This document shows positions 34,617 to 45,325 of a stretch of 64,000 nt of DNA, in pieces. The position numbers and the translations under genes are program-made. This stretch comes from Babesia bigemina (Eukaryota): assembly GCF_000981445.1 (NCBI RefSeq), contig NC_027216.1:1736001-1800000 (forward strand), given 5' to 3'. Position 1 is the stretch's first letter. Every line of letters starts with the position of its first letter. The notes below the pieces were generated by a model. The model did no database searches. It was not told where the DNA came from and worked only from the letters and a program-made list of their open reading frames with translations.

Positions 34617-35476
34617 GATGGATCGAGTCGTGTCTATTGTTGCCTGGGTCGTTGTGCGGATACAATCCACGTCAGAAGACTAAAATACACGAAAATCGTG
34701 ATTATTATCTATATGTGTAAGTGCGTTCGCCCGGGGAACTGCCGTAGAGATTCATCAGCCTGAGTCGCATAAAAGATAGACACCTCGGTGCAGCGAAGTG
34801 CGACGAGCAAAGCAGTCAGACATCTTACTGCCATACTAAAACACACGGCTGCACCGCTCTTGCAAAATATCAAGCGTTACGCGTCATTGCGTTGAGCTCA
34901 AATATTATCGCCGATATTAGTTGTTGCCTCGGCATCGCGATGCAACAACAGCACCCATATAATAAGTGGCTGATAGACCAAAATGTCCTCATATAATACA
35001 GAGGAATGGTCATTGTTTGTTATGTTGCTTCTTGATGGGAAATGGTAGAGCGCGGGTCCACATGTAACACATTCAGTTTTACACACCACCCAAGGCGCCC
35101 ATCTTCATGCTGCCTGAGTAACTAGTTTATCACCTTATATGGTTTCGCATGTTACGAAAAGTTAGTTATAGATGTGCGTAATGTGTTTGGCGCCGCAACC
35201 ACACCTGTCGAGCGAATCTACCTAGTGTGTATGTTTGTCTAATATTGGTTACATTAATGACATGAATTGCAAGGCGCTACAAACACAAGAAGGATGTGAT
35301 AGAGCGAATTTTCGTTCCATTAAGCACGGAACGGCGGAATTGCGTAATCCGTGGCCCCTTTGCCGTCCAGGAGTACAGCTGTCTATCGCGTGGTGTGATC
35401 AAAGCTCTCATACCGGTTCAAACTGACAAATTTCCAGCATAGAATTACGTTTTACAATTTGATTCCGTGTTTAAGT

Positions 35477-36115
35477 CTAATCCTTTCCTTTCAACGACAT
35501 CTGCTCCATTTTTCGAGCCATTGCCGCCTCCCGCTGCTTGCGAATCTCAGCCAATCTGCAAGATGTATGTTTTGCATGACAATCACGATTACCTTGCGAG
35601 GTCGGCCTGAGCTGACTTCAGTTTGCCCTGCGCCATAAGCGTCTGCAGCAATGTGAACATATCCCTTTGCACGTACCATCTTCTGCCTCTCGAAATTCTG
35701 CCGCTGCAACTCCTCGCGTTCACGCCGGCTTAGTTCCACGACGCCGGTCTTCTCAATGGGACGCGCACTCCGGTTGGGGTTGCATATCTCAAACTCGCTG
35801 GAACTGCTCTGCACAGTCATGACGGCATTGGCGCGGCGCACTCACATCATCACTCGAATCCTCCTCCGAGGAGTCATCGTCGTCATTCTCGGGCTGGCAA
35901 GATGTTAGAATAAATTTTTGCGGCCATACCTCGTCACGCCTGGGTGGTCTCAGCACCTGAGGCTGCGATTCCTCAGCTTCCTCGTCGGTCAGCTCCTCAC
36001 TCGACCCACTCCCCGCAACTTCAGCATTTCTTGCGATGATCTCCTCCTCGGTGGCGACGTAGCGCGACCTTCCCTTCGCGGTGTACTTCTTAGAGCTGCC
36101 TCGCTTGCGTTGCAT
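35477..36115 (-). CDS. PDAP1: PDGFA-associated protein 1 / 28-kDa heat- and acid-stable phosphoprotein homologue, 5 exons
   Basis: Spliced product includes FEICNPNR...ELSRREREELQRQ...AQADLARLAEIRKQREAA; four short GT-AG introns; TAG at 35479-35477. Confidence 0.88.
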
Positions 36116-36369
36116 CGTGACCAAACACCAAAAGCTCGACTACTCGTGGCAAATGATTCGCAACTATTTCAATAGCGCTTATGTATAATTTATTGCGCGC
36201 CAGAATTTTTTGCGTCGTGTAATACAAGTGGTTGTCGAGCGTTACACCTTGAGTCGGCGTGAAACTCCTGCTACGCCCCGACACAGGTGACAGAGCGGTG
36301 TTACTGCACCTGCTCCGCGGATATGACGCCATTAGGCCGCCGGGGCATCAGTTATCGCTTCTCATCACA

Positions 36370-37092
36370 ATGGACGGCCTTTGGGATCTTGACGTCAGGA
36401 ACGCCCTGTCGCTCATCACGGCAGCAGGCGACTGCGCCGAGCAGTTCTCGCGCAAAACGGACCCGGGCGACAGACACACCTATGGCACTATCATGCGTGC
36501 GAAGCTGGACTCTTTGAGAAAGGTGTGTGGAGGTTTAGCATCTCTACCATGTCGCAGACCATAGCAAACCTAGAGCTGACGCTCCGTGACATGTCAAGCG
36601 GAACGGTGCCCCCTGCGGACCTTGACGCGCGCAGAGAACAGCTGGACGGCATCAAGCGCTCGTACCAGGAATTAGAAGGGGTCCTGAGTCCAGCAGGAAA
36701 CCATGCGTCGCTCCCTGCTGCGCAACCGGTTGGTGCATGTAATCAATTCTCATTACGCTGATCAGATGACTCCAAAGCGCCAACTCGACCACATGTCACG
36801 CGAAGAGCTCTACAACTATCGGAACTCGATGATGCGAGCTCAGGACAACGAGCTGGAGATGCTGGATTCGACCGCAGGCGCAATACACAGCATCAGCACC
36901 CACATCAAGGAGGAAGTCGACTACCATAACGACCTACTGGGTGACCTCGAGAACGCGATGGACACCTCACATACCTTGGTGTCACGCAACAGAGCAGCGC
37001 TCGCAGCGATGATCGAGCGCAGCAGCAAGGGACGACTGACGTTTTACATCGTCGTGCTCACCATTATATTGATTCTCGTGATTGTTCTATAG
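36370..37092 (+). CDS. Qc-SNARE (syntaxin 6/8-like), 3 exons
   Basis: N-terminal helical bundle, SNARE motif QDNELEMLDSTAGAIHSISTHIKEEVDYHNDLLGDLENAMD and C-terminal TM FYIVVLTIILILVIVL. Confidence 0.85.
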
Positions 37093-37606
37093 TGTAACAT
37101 AAGGGCTCTAATGTTTATCGCAGTTTTACATCGGTGTGTAGAGGCCTCAGCGGTCGTTTGGTTGAGGCCAATCAAAGGTTTGGGCCTCGTAAGTTAGCTT
37201 TCAACGGAGTCGTATATTGAGTACATCGTACGCAATTCGAATGGTTCAGTCAAACTGGAAGGTGTCTATCAACAGCTGGTGATCTACGGGACCCGGCGGT
37301 TATGCTGCTGTCCCGTCGACAGCCAGTGCTGCTTCGCTCTTCCATGAGCCAGCAGAAATTTTCGCTATGTTGTACGAAAAACATTACTATTGCGAACATT
37401 ATTTTAGCATCAAAGTAGTGGCCATGCCAATAGGTAGCACGTTTTGAGAAGATCAACCTGCGGCAGGAATCCCCTAGTTGCAGCTTGCTTGCGATCGCGC
37501 CGTCCTGTTGACACCGCCCACTCTACGTTAGGACATCCGTGAGATTGCATTTTACCGACCTTCTGCTGGATGTGTGGGCCGTAGTCAGCATATCGCAGTA
37601 TCGAGG

Positions 37607-40600
37607 ATGGCGAAGTCGTCGAAAAGTGCCAAGAGGGCCAAAAGGGCGCACTCGGACACTGCTCCAACGCGCAGGGAGCCCGAGTACAATGTAGTGCACG
37701 TGGAGCGCCTGCTAGAGGTGGAACGGCGACGTATCAAACTACCTGCCTGCATGATGGAGCAGGAGATAGTCGATGCGGTGAAGCACAACGACATCGTGGT
37801 CATAACGGGCGACACTGGTTGCGGCAAGTCGACGCAGGTGCCGCAGTTCCTATACGAAAATGGGCTGTGCACTGACGACGGGATTATCGGGGTGACGCAG
37901 GTCAGGCGTGTTGCCTGCCTGGCGCTGTACCAGCAGGTGTCGCTGGAGCTCAATTCGAAAACGCTTGTTGGCTACCAGTACCGCTTCAACAGGGGGTTCA
38001 ACCAGCGGCTCTGCAAAATAAAGTTCATGACTGACGGCATTCTCCTGCAGGAGATCAAGGAGGACCTCTTGTGCACCCGCTACAGCGTGATCATCATCGA
38101 CGAGGCGCACGAGCGGAACCTGAACTGTGACATTTTAATAGGCGTACTGTCGCGTGTGGTGCAGGTTAGGCGCGAACAGTTCGAAGCTGGCGTCCCTGGT
38201 GTCCAGCCCCTGAAACTGGTCATAATGTCAGCGACCATCCGCGCCGAAGATTTTCTTGAGGCTAAAATTTTCAACGGCAAAGTTGCGCACCTGCATATCG
38301 CAACGGAATTCAAGCGAAACACCATCCATTTCGCCCGCAGGAGTGTCCGTGATTACGTCGCCGACGCACAGGACAAGGTGCTTAAAATCCATCAGCGGTT
38401 ACCACCGGGCAGCGTCCTTGTGTTCCTCACGGGCAAGGACGAACTGTATCGGCTGAAGCGGTTGCTGTCGCCGTACGAGCAACGTGCATCGGCGGCTCCC
38501 AGTGCCGCAACGCAACAGCCAGAAGAGCCCGACGACGACGACGCAATATTTGAGCTGGAGAGCGACAGTGACACGGAGGATGAGCAAGGGCGTCGCAGTA
38601 GTAACAAGGATGATAGCGGTGATGATAATATGTACAATGATGATAATGATAGCGGTAATAAGGAAAAACAACCGGGTGCGGATGGCAGTGACGAAAAGGC
38701 TGAAGGACTGGACGCTGTTGCTACGGACGCAGCACCGGTGGCGAACGACGAAAACCAAGATGCAGATTCTGTACAAGAAAGGGGTGGTGAATCGGGCGTC
38801 CAAATCCATATACATGGCATAACGACGGAAACAGGCGACCATAATATGGTAGCGTTAAGTGAAAACGATCGATCGACAACTGTGTCAGACAGCACATCAT
38901 CAGGCGATCGACCGGACCCCTCTAAATACTCAAATGCAGAAACTGATCTCAAAGAGAGCAAAGATGAAGAAGATGGCGCCAACAGGGGTCAGGTAACTGA
39001 CAAGGATGACATTGGTGACGTTGCCGAGGACGAGGGTCATCTGGATGCGGAATCATCCCGGAGGGTCATCACCGGTGATTCCGACACGGAGCCGGAGGAC
39101 GAAGCAGAGAAGGCCTACCACGTCGAGCTGGAGGTTTTGAGCAGGAACTACAAACGTCTGTCCGACATCAAGTGGCACGGTTCCGGAGCTGGAGCCGGAA
39201 CGTTACGGGTCGTGGTGATGCACGCTTCACAGACCATGGATGCTCAGATGACGGCATTCACGTTGCCGTCTGACAACGAACGCGTCGTGATACTGTCCAC
39301 AAACGTGGCAGAAACGGCCATTACACTGCCCAATATCAGGTACGTCGTCGACTGCGGGAAGGAGAAACGCCGGGTGGACGACATTTCGAGAGGCGTGTCC
39401 CGTTTCGTGGTTTGTGACATCAGCAAGGCATCCGCCGGTCAACGCTCTGGGCGTGCAGGCAGGGTGGGCAGCGGCCATTGCTACCGCCAGTACACCAGCA
39501 GCACTTACGAGACGCTGTTCGACGACTACTCCCCCGTAGAGATAGCCAATTGCAACCTCGAATCGACCATTTTGCTATTATCGGCAATAGGAATAGAGAA
39601 CCCGTACGACTTCCCGTTCCTGACGCCCCCTCCGCTGGACAACATCAGGTCGGCGCTGCAGGCGCTCGCTGCACTGGGTGCAATCGAAACGCCGCGCCAA
39701 CTGGCTGAAAGCCGGCACAGCGCGCAGAACGAGGTCACGGCCAACCCGTTCAAAATACCGCCCTCCTACCCCTACAAGACGTCTTACGAGGTTTTAGAGC
39801 GGATACGTGCTGCGCGCATAACGCAACTGGGACGCTACCTTGCGCTGCTGCCGCTCCACCCTCGCTTCGGCAAGATGCTTTACTCGGTGGTGTCGAGGGG
39901 CGCAAACGCCGACGATCTGCGAACGGCCTGCTGCGTGATTTCGGCGCTATCTTTTGGCGCCGCTAATTTGGTAAACCCGCGCATCCCTGGGGGGGACGAC
40001 AACCGGAAGCCAATACCGTCGCTGAGAAGCGATGTTGAGTTGTTCATATGGATTTGCTGCAGGTACTCCCAGACAACCGGCAACGGCGGATCGTCCTTCT
40101 GCAGCCAGTACGACATAAACGAGCGTCTTTTGCGCGAGGTGTTCCAGCAAGCGGAGCAGCTGTACCGTGCAGTGCGGGCGTCGTTGGGCAGCCAAGCGCA
40201 GCACCTCGACGCTGACTGGAGCGGCCCACTGTCAACGCCCAACCGCAGCGCGAAGCAAATTATCGAAGCCGCGATTGTGGAGTGTCTCGTGGACAAGGTG
40301 GCGGTGCACGCGAGCCGGTTGTCCAATGACGCCCATGCGGCTGCCACCAACGCGTACCGCACGAGCGCCCTAACCGCGCTGCGTAGGGACGTATTCCTGC
40401 CGCGGACATACTCCCGCCACAAGCCCGAATGCGTCGTTTACGTCGGGCTGGTGGGCGACGAGAAGATCAAGATGCAAGACGTGCTGCCCACCGACGCTGC
40501 AACGATCTGTACACTGCGGTCGCCGATGATAGTTGCCAACAGCATCCACAAGGCGCTGCCGCCCAGGTACAACGCCGAGCACGACTGCGTGGAAGCATTC

Positions 40601-40999
40601 GTCAACAAGGTTTATGCGCCACTGGAGTTCCCGCTGGGCATCGCAAAAGCGGCGTTGAACCCTGACCACCCGTTGGCAACGAGAACGTTTGCACAGCAGC
40701 TCTGCCTGGGCAACGTGTTCCCCGCGCTGAGGCAGTTCTCAGGGGCGCTTATTGTGAGCGAAGCGGATTTCCTGGCACCAACAAAGGCCAAAGGGCCACT
40801 GGCGACCCTCCTACTGGCGTTACGGCGCTCACGCGTGAGCAGCCGTGCAACGTTCCTCGCCGCCAGCCAGCAAGATGCAAATTTCCTGCTGCACGAGTTC
40901 CGAGGAATAATTCGTGCTGGACACGCGGATCACCAGGCTGTGGAAGAGGCATTCAGGAGCATCAGGGAAGACAGGGTGTACGGCGCAACCCAGGTGTAG
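37607..40999 (+). CDS. DHX37: DEAH-box RNA helicase DHX37/Dhr1
   Basis: GDTGCGKSTQVPQFLYE, DEAHER, PLKLVIMSAT, IHQRLPPGSVLVFLTG, STNVAETAITLP and QRSGRAGR, with an acidic insertion in RecA2; first ATG at 37607. Confidence 0.9.
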   Translation: MAKSSKSAKRAKRAHSDTAPTRREPEYNVVHVERLLEVERRRIKLPACMMEQEIVDAVKHNDIVVITGDTGCGKSTQVPQFLYENGLCTDDGIIGVTQVRRVACLALYQQVSLELNSKTLVGYQYRFNRGFNQRLCKIKFMTDGILLQEIKEDLLCTRYSVIIIDEAHERNLNCDILIGVLSRVVQVRREQFEAGVPGVQPLKLVIMSATIRAEDFLEAKIFNGKVAHLHIATEFKRNTIHFARRSVRDYVADAQDKVLKIHQRLPPGSVLVFLTGKDELYRLKRLLSPYEQRASAAPSAATQQPEEPDDDDAIFELESDSDTEDEQGRRSSNKDDSGDDNMYNDDNDSGNKEKQPGADGSDEKAEGLDAVATDAAPVANDENQDADSVQERGGESGVQIHIHGITTETGDHNMVALSENDRSTTVSDSTSSGDRPDPSKYSNAETDLKESKDEEDGANRGQVTDKDDIGDVAEDEGHLDAESSRRVITGDSDTEPEDEAEKAYHVELEVLSRNYKRLSDIKWHGSGAGAGTLRVVVMHASQTMDAQMTAFTLPSDNERVVILSTNVAETAITLPNIRYVVDCGKEKRRVDDISRGVSRFVVCDISKASAGQRSGRAGRVGSGHCYRQYTSSTYETLFDDYSPVEIANCNLESTILLLSAIGIENPYDFPFLTPPPLDNIRSALQALAALGAIETPRQLAESRHSAQNEVTANPFKIPPSYPYKTSYEVLERIRAARITQLGRYLALLPLHPRFGKMLYSVVSRGANADDLRTACCVISALSFGAANLVNPRIPGGDDNRKPIPSLRSDVELFIWICCRYSQTTGNGGSSFCSQYDINERLLREVFQQAEQLYRAVRASLGSQAQHLDADWSGPLSTPNRSAKQIIEAAIVECLVDKVAVHASRLSNDAHAAATNAYRTSALTALRRDVFLPRTYSRHKPECVVYVGLVGDEKIKMQDVLPTDAATICTLRSPMIVANSIHKALPPRYNAEHDCVEAFVNKVYAPLEFPLGIAKAALNPDHPLATRTFAQQLCLGNVFPALRQFSGALIVSEADFLAPTKAKGPLATLLLALRRSRVSSRATFLAASQQDANFLLHEFRGIIRAGHADHQAVEEAFRSIREDRVYGATQV

Positions 41000-41232
41000 C
41001 GCGGCGCTATCCACGTCACACATTTGATTATTAATGCGCGACACCACACGCAACGCAAGGGCGTTTAAGTAATGTTTTCATCCCCGGTGCCGTTTTGAAT
41101 TTGTAAACGCGGCAATTGCAAGATTTGGCATTTGGTCCTACGGGCAAACAGGACGCGTTGCAACTCGAGCGGCGCTTCGCTGGCATGGTGGCGGCAACTC
41201 CGCTATAGTTATTGAGCCTTTCCTCAGCGAAC

Positions 41233-42157
41233 ATGGCGTTTGCTGGGCTGCACGGGCAGCAGCACTATGGCCGCGATCTCGCGGATGGGCTGCGGTTCCG
41301 AAGTGCTCTCTTCAATCGCATCGCGGACTTTTTCATAGGAGTAGACACTTACAGGCAGAGGAGAGCGCGGCAGAGGGCCAACGAAGCCGACATGGTGATG
41401 GACTTCGTCGTCCTACACCCGCTTAAGGCGCTCACCTTCATCAAGGGTTCCATCATCTGCGGCGCCTTAATGAACGTGCTGCTATACGTCCCCAACGAGA
41501 CGGTACTCGGGCTAGTCGAGCCCCAGAGCGACCTTGGCGACTCAATCGTGTGGTGGTACGTTCCATGGCGTGATCCATACATGCGACGGATGCAGGTGGT
41601 TGGCGTTCAACAAGCTACTGCACGCGCTCCAGATCCCGGGCAGGATAATGGCGCTGTACACTATGAGCCGTTTGTGGGGGAGGAGCAACCAGGAGATCAT
41701 GTACTGCATGTCCGTCCTTACGACCTCGCGGCTCTGGAACTGGTGCAGGCGGCTTAGCGTTCTCACGTACGCCTCGTATGCCGCCGGCTTTCTTGCGTCC
41801 AGGCACCCCCGCGTTCAAGACCACGTGTTGTTGAACGGCTTTATCCTATACGTCTTTTCCATAGTCACCATGCGCGTGGCCTTCACCTTCGCAATCTTCT
41901 ACCACTGCTTCCCACCGACCCCAGCCAGGAACACACACAAGCCGGCCAATAGGGAGGAAATCGATAGGTTGCCCGTGGTCCTCTACCGCGACATGAAGGA
42001 GGACAACGCCACAATGTGCAGGATTTGTTTGGAGGAATTCCAGCCGGAGCACCGCTTGCGTATGCTGCGCTGTAAGCACGGTTACCACGTCGCGTGCATA
42101 GATGCGTGGCTGGCGCGCAGCAACAAATGCCCGTGGTGCATGTCTACCGTCAACTGA
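41233..42157 (+). CDS. Multi-TM RING-H2 E3 ubiquitin ligase, 2 exons (intron 41556-41595)
   Basis: Hydrophobic segments followed by C-terminal CRICLEEF...LRCKHGYHVACIDAWL...CPWC. Confidence 0.85.
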
Positions 42158-42788
42158 CCGTTGATCGCCAAGACTCTCACGGCAGCGGCGAGTGGTAAAC
42201 CTGTAGCCAGTCTTGGAGGCCCGTATGATGCCTCCAAGTTAAACTGTGTCGGAGACTAACGTCTCATTTAATGTACATCACGTTATTAATTATAGCCTGT
42301 TTGACTGCAAAAAAGTGAAGATATGCAAAGTCGTGTAACATTTCGTATTGTCCGGGGGAGGCAGCCATACCTCTATACATCCCGACGGGATAAACCCATG
42401 TGGATGTTGTCTGGATTGCGATATGGCCGTTTGTCATGGCTTTTGGTGCTACTATCACACCAAGTCTGCCCATGCGGTCAGCTGGTCCAACCCGCCATGA
42501 TGCAGTGCACCGCATGAGATAATGAGGTACACCGTAGCAAACGAACGCAAAAACGCTCTATGTACGGAATTGTAATGCGGATCTAGTAATGTTTAGAACT
42601 TGCAAGTTGACTTATGTACTCCACGATCAGTTTTACAGACTTCAACGCATAGTGCAACGTAGAGGCAAGCTGTTCACACAATCCAAGATAGCACAAGGAA
42701 ACAGATAAACTCGCATCCTAAGACGACACATCATAACATAAAGAGTCGCTGTTGTGCCCTAAGAGACGAAAGGAACTGAATAAAAACA

Positions 42789-42860
42789 AGGGCGCACACG
42801 GATTTGAACCATGGACCTGCTGATCTGCAGTCAGCCGCTCTACCACTGAGCTATACGCCC
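42789..42860 (-). tRNA. tRNA-Cys (GCA)
   Basis: GGGCGTATAGCTCAGTGGTAGAGCGGCTGACTGCAGATCAGCAGGTCCATGGTTCAAATCCGTGTGCGCCCT folds as a cloverleaf with anticodon GCA; a T-run terminator follows. Confidence 0.97.
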
Positions 42861-43846
42861 ACGTCGGGAGGGGCTAAATATGCATTTATATAGCACATAA
42901 TACGTCTAACAGCAATCTTCCATATACCGAATTTTGGCTGTATTCTGATACTACATATATTTGGTTGTCACTGTAGATAGGAAAATTTAAATCGACAGAT
43001 GCAAGGTGACCGAGATACCTGTCTATATAACATGGATCATGTGGACATGAATGGCGGTAACATCTACCTTGCGTACGGGTACAGCGGTGCTATGAGTTCG
43101 CGTCTGAACTTAGCTGTTCACACATCACCGTGCGATCCATCTTGGCATACATAATTGGTTTTGAGATCAGACAAAAATATTTTTTGTTCACGTCGCAAAT
43201 ATTCCACCTAAGCCCTGTTCTCATCGCCAACGGATAGAGGTGTGGTATAAAACAGTTGCCGTTGTGTATGTAGGCTTTAGTACACAGCTGACTTTGTAAG
43301 GTGTTCGCGGCTCGGTCGTTGATGTTGCGATTCCTAAACATTATGTCAAGCTCACATGGATTTGGAATCATATAAAACTGTGGACGCGGCACCCTGACTA
43401 ATATGCGTGATTTTAGTCACTGCGATCTCTAATCGATCGGTAGCAGGACTGACGTCCAATAAACTTAGTGGAAGGCTCGTCCTTCATGGCGTACTCCCCC
43501 GACTACGGGCTATAATTACATATATATGGACCGTATATATAGTCCTATATACATTGTTTGGTGATTGGCACTTGCAAGAGGTTCGTTTTAAGCCCAGAAT
43601 ACTTTTACGTGTGCTCGTGAGAGCTGGTTACTCAACTGGGTATGACTACGCTTCGTCTGCGATTCCGTCACCGCAGATGCATTGCGTTGTGTGTGTGACA
43701 TCGTGTCTGCATCGGTAGTATTAGCGTATTTAGCAAGAGCAACGGATGTGTTGCTGGTGGAATGTGTAACATCCCTTCTACACCTCGTCACTTCGCCGAC
43801 TCATTACAACCCCAATGCAGGTGTGATCAACGTATAACAGCGCCAG

Positions 43847-45035
43847 ATGGAGGCTGATATGCCTCCGCCGACCACCACGCCTAATCAGCAGGATGCCGAC
43901 GATGCTATGAAGTTCATACTTAAGCTCAATGACGCAGCTGCGAATAAGCCTATTCCCGATGTGGCGGAGTTTCAGCGCGGCGATTCAGATGCAACCGCCA
44001 ACAATGTAGTGTTGAAGCTGGAGTCGGTACTGCAGAAGCTCCACGACATGACGGAAGATCACAAGCCAGAGGACTACAGCGACTGCCGCTTCGGTAGCAA
44101 GGCGCATCCAATGTGGCTACACGAGGTTCAGGAAGTGTGTGGATGTGTACCTATGTTCATTTATGCCTTTGCAGATGTGGGACGAAATCGCAAACACGCT
44201 TGGGATCGTCAAGGCGTGTTCTAACCAAAGCTTGCGCCTAATTATCAGGGGGAATTTCATTCACTCGTTTGGAAACCAAGTCCGTATCGATTACGGAACT
44301 GGTAAGTGACATTGATTGCGCTGCTCCAGTGACATGTGCCCTTGTCTGCGTCTTCCGCTAACCGGTGATTATTGCACGCAATCGTTACCGGACTGGCCAC
44401 TCCCCAGGTTGCCTGCATCCGCAGCAGTCATTATCAAAATTATGCCTCCACAGGTCATGAGCTGCAATTTGTGATCTTCCTAAAGAGACTGCGCGATGTG
44501 GGTTTGATACGGAGTCACGATTTAAGTGGCGTCGCGCTTAGGGTGATGTCCAGGTATGCTGCATGTCTGGCACATAAATTTTCGCAGATACTTCCGGCTA
44601 ATCCAGCACCTGATTGACAGGTACAGGCTTGAGCCTGCTGGGAGCAAAGGGGCGTGGGGCATTGACCACTACCAGTTTCTGCCTTTTGTGCTAGGGTCCG
44701 CCCAGCTCATGTCAAACGAGGCCATCAAGCCGGGCGAGGTATGCAGCGATCCCCGCGTCGTATAATACCGCGCAGGTCGTTTTAAATGGGTTCAAAACTC
44801 CGGAGGAAGACAAATATATTTTCCTGCAGACCGTCGAGTACATCAAGAGGGTACGTTTGGGCGTCCGTTGTACAAGGAAACGTCGCAGAAAGTCAGGGGG
44901 ATGCCGCTAGAAATCGCATCGCCAATGTTACATGGCATCTGCGCGTCATGCACATGGTCGAGGATTAATTCAGGGCTTTTGGAAATGTACAAAAATGATA
45001 TTGCCCATCTGACGCGTGTTCGACATGGATCTTAG
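43847..45035 (+). CDS. PTPA: PP2A phosphotyrosyl phosphatase activator (PTPA/Rrd), multi-exon
   Basis: CRFGSKA, SFGNQVRIDYGT|GHEL, YRLEPAGSKGAWGIDHYQFLPFVLGSAQL and WSRINSGLLEMY; stop TAG at 45033-45035. The 5' end is uncertain. Confidence 0.87.
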
Positions 45036-45325
45036 AGACAGTGCAATTTGCCGGGCAACGACGAAGCTGTTTCTGCGCTAAAATAACTTCATAACGGAAC
45101 GTTCTACTGTTTTAGAGTGACTTGTTCGAATGTGTAGTGTTTTTCCGGTTACACATTTCAGTGCAACCTTCGCCACCAAGTGTTACCGTCATTCCACGCT
45201 GCCAAAACACATGTAAATGGCAGCTTCTGCGATACTGTAGTTTGGGTTGGATAGGCTGAATGCGCCGTGCGGTGTAACGGCGAGGCAACTCACGGTCAGA
45301 CCGGCAAACAACTCGAACGCCGACG

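Noticed and set aside
38490..39130. Large acidic insertion in the helicase
   Set aside because: DHX37/Dhr1 proteins normally carry a disordered acidic insertion in RecA2.
42212..42238. Perfect 9-bp hairpin CTTGGAGGC-N9-GCCTCCAAG after the RING gene
   Set aside because: A single short hairpin is expected by chance in 64 kb; it is not a bacterial-type terminator in a eukaryote and has no SECIS features.
42264..42515. 83-aa minus-strand ORF downstream of the tRNA
   Set aside because: No motif or convincing upstream exon; left unannotated.
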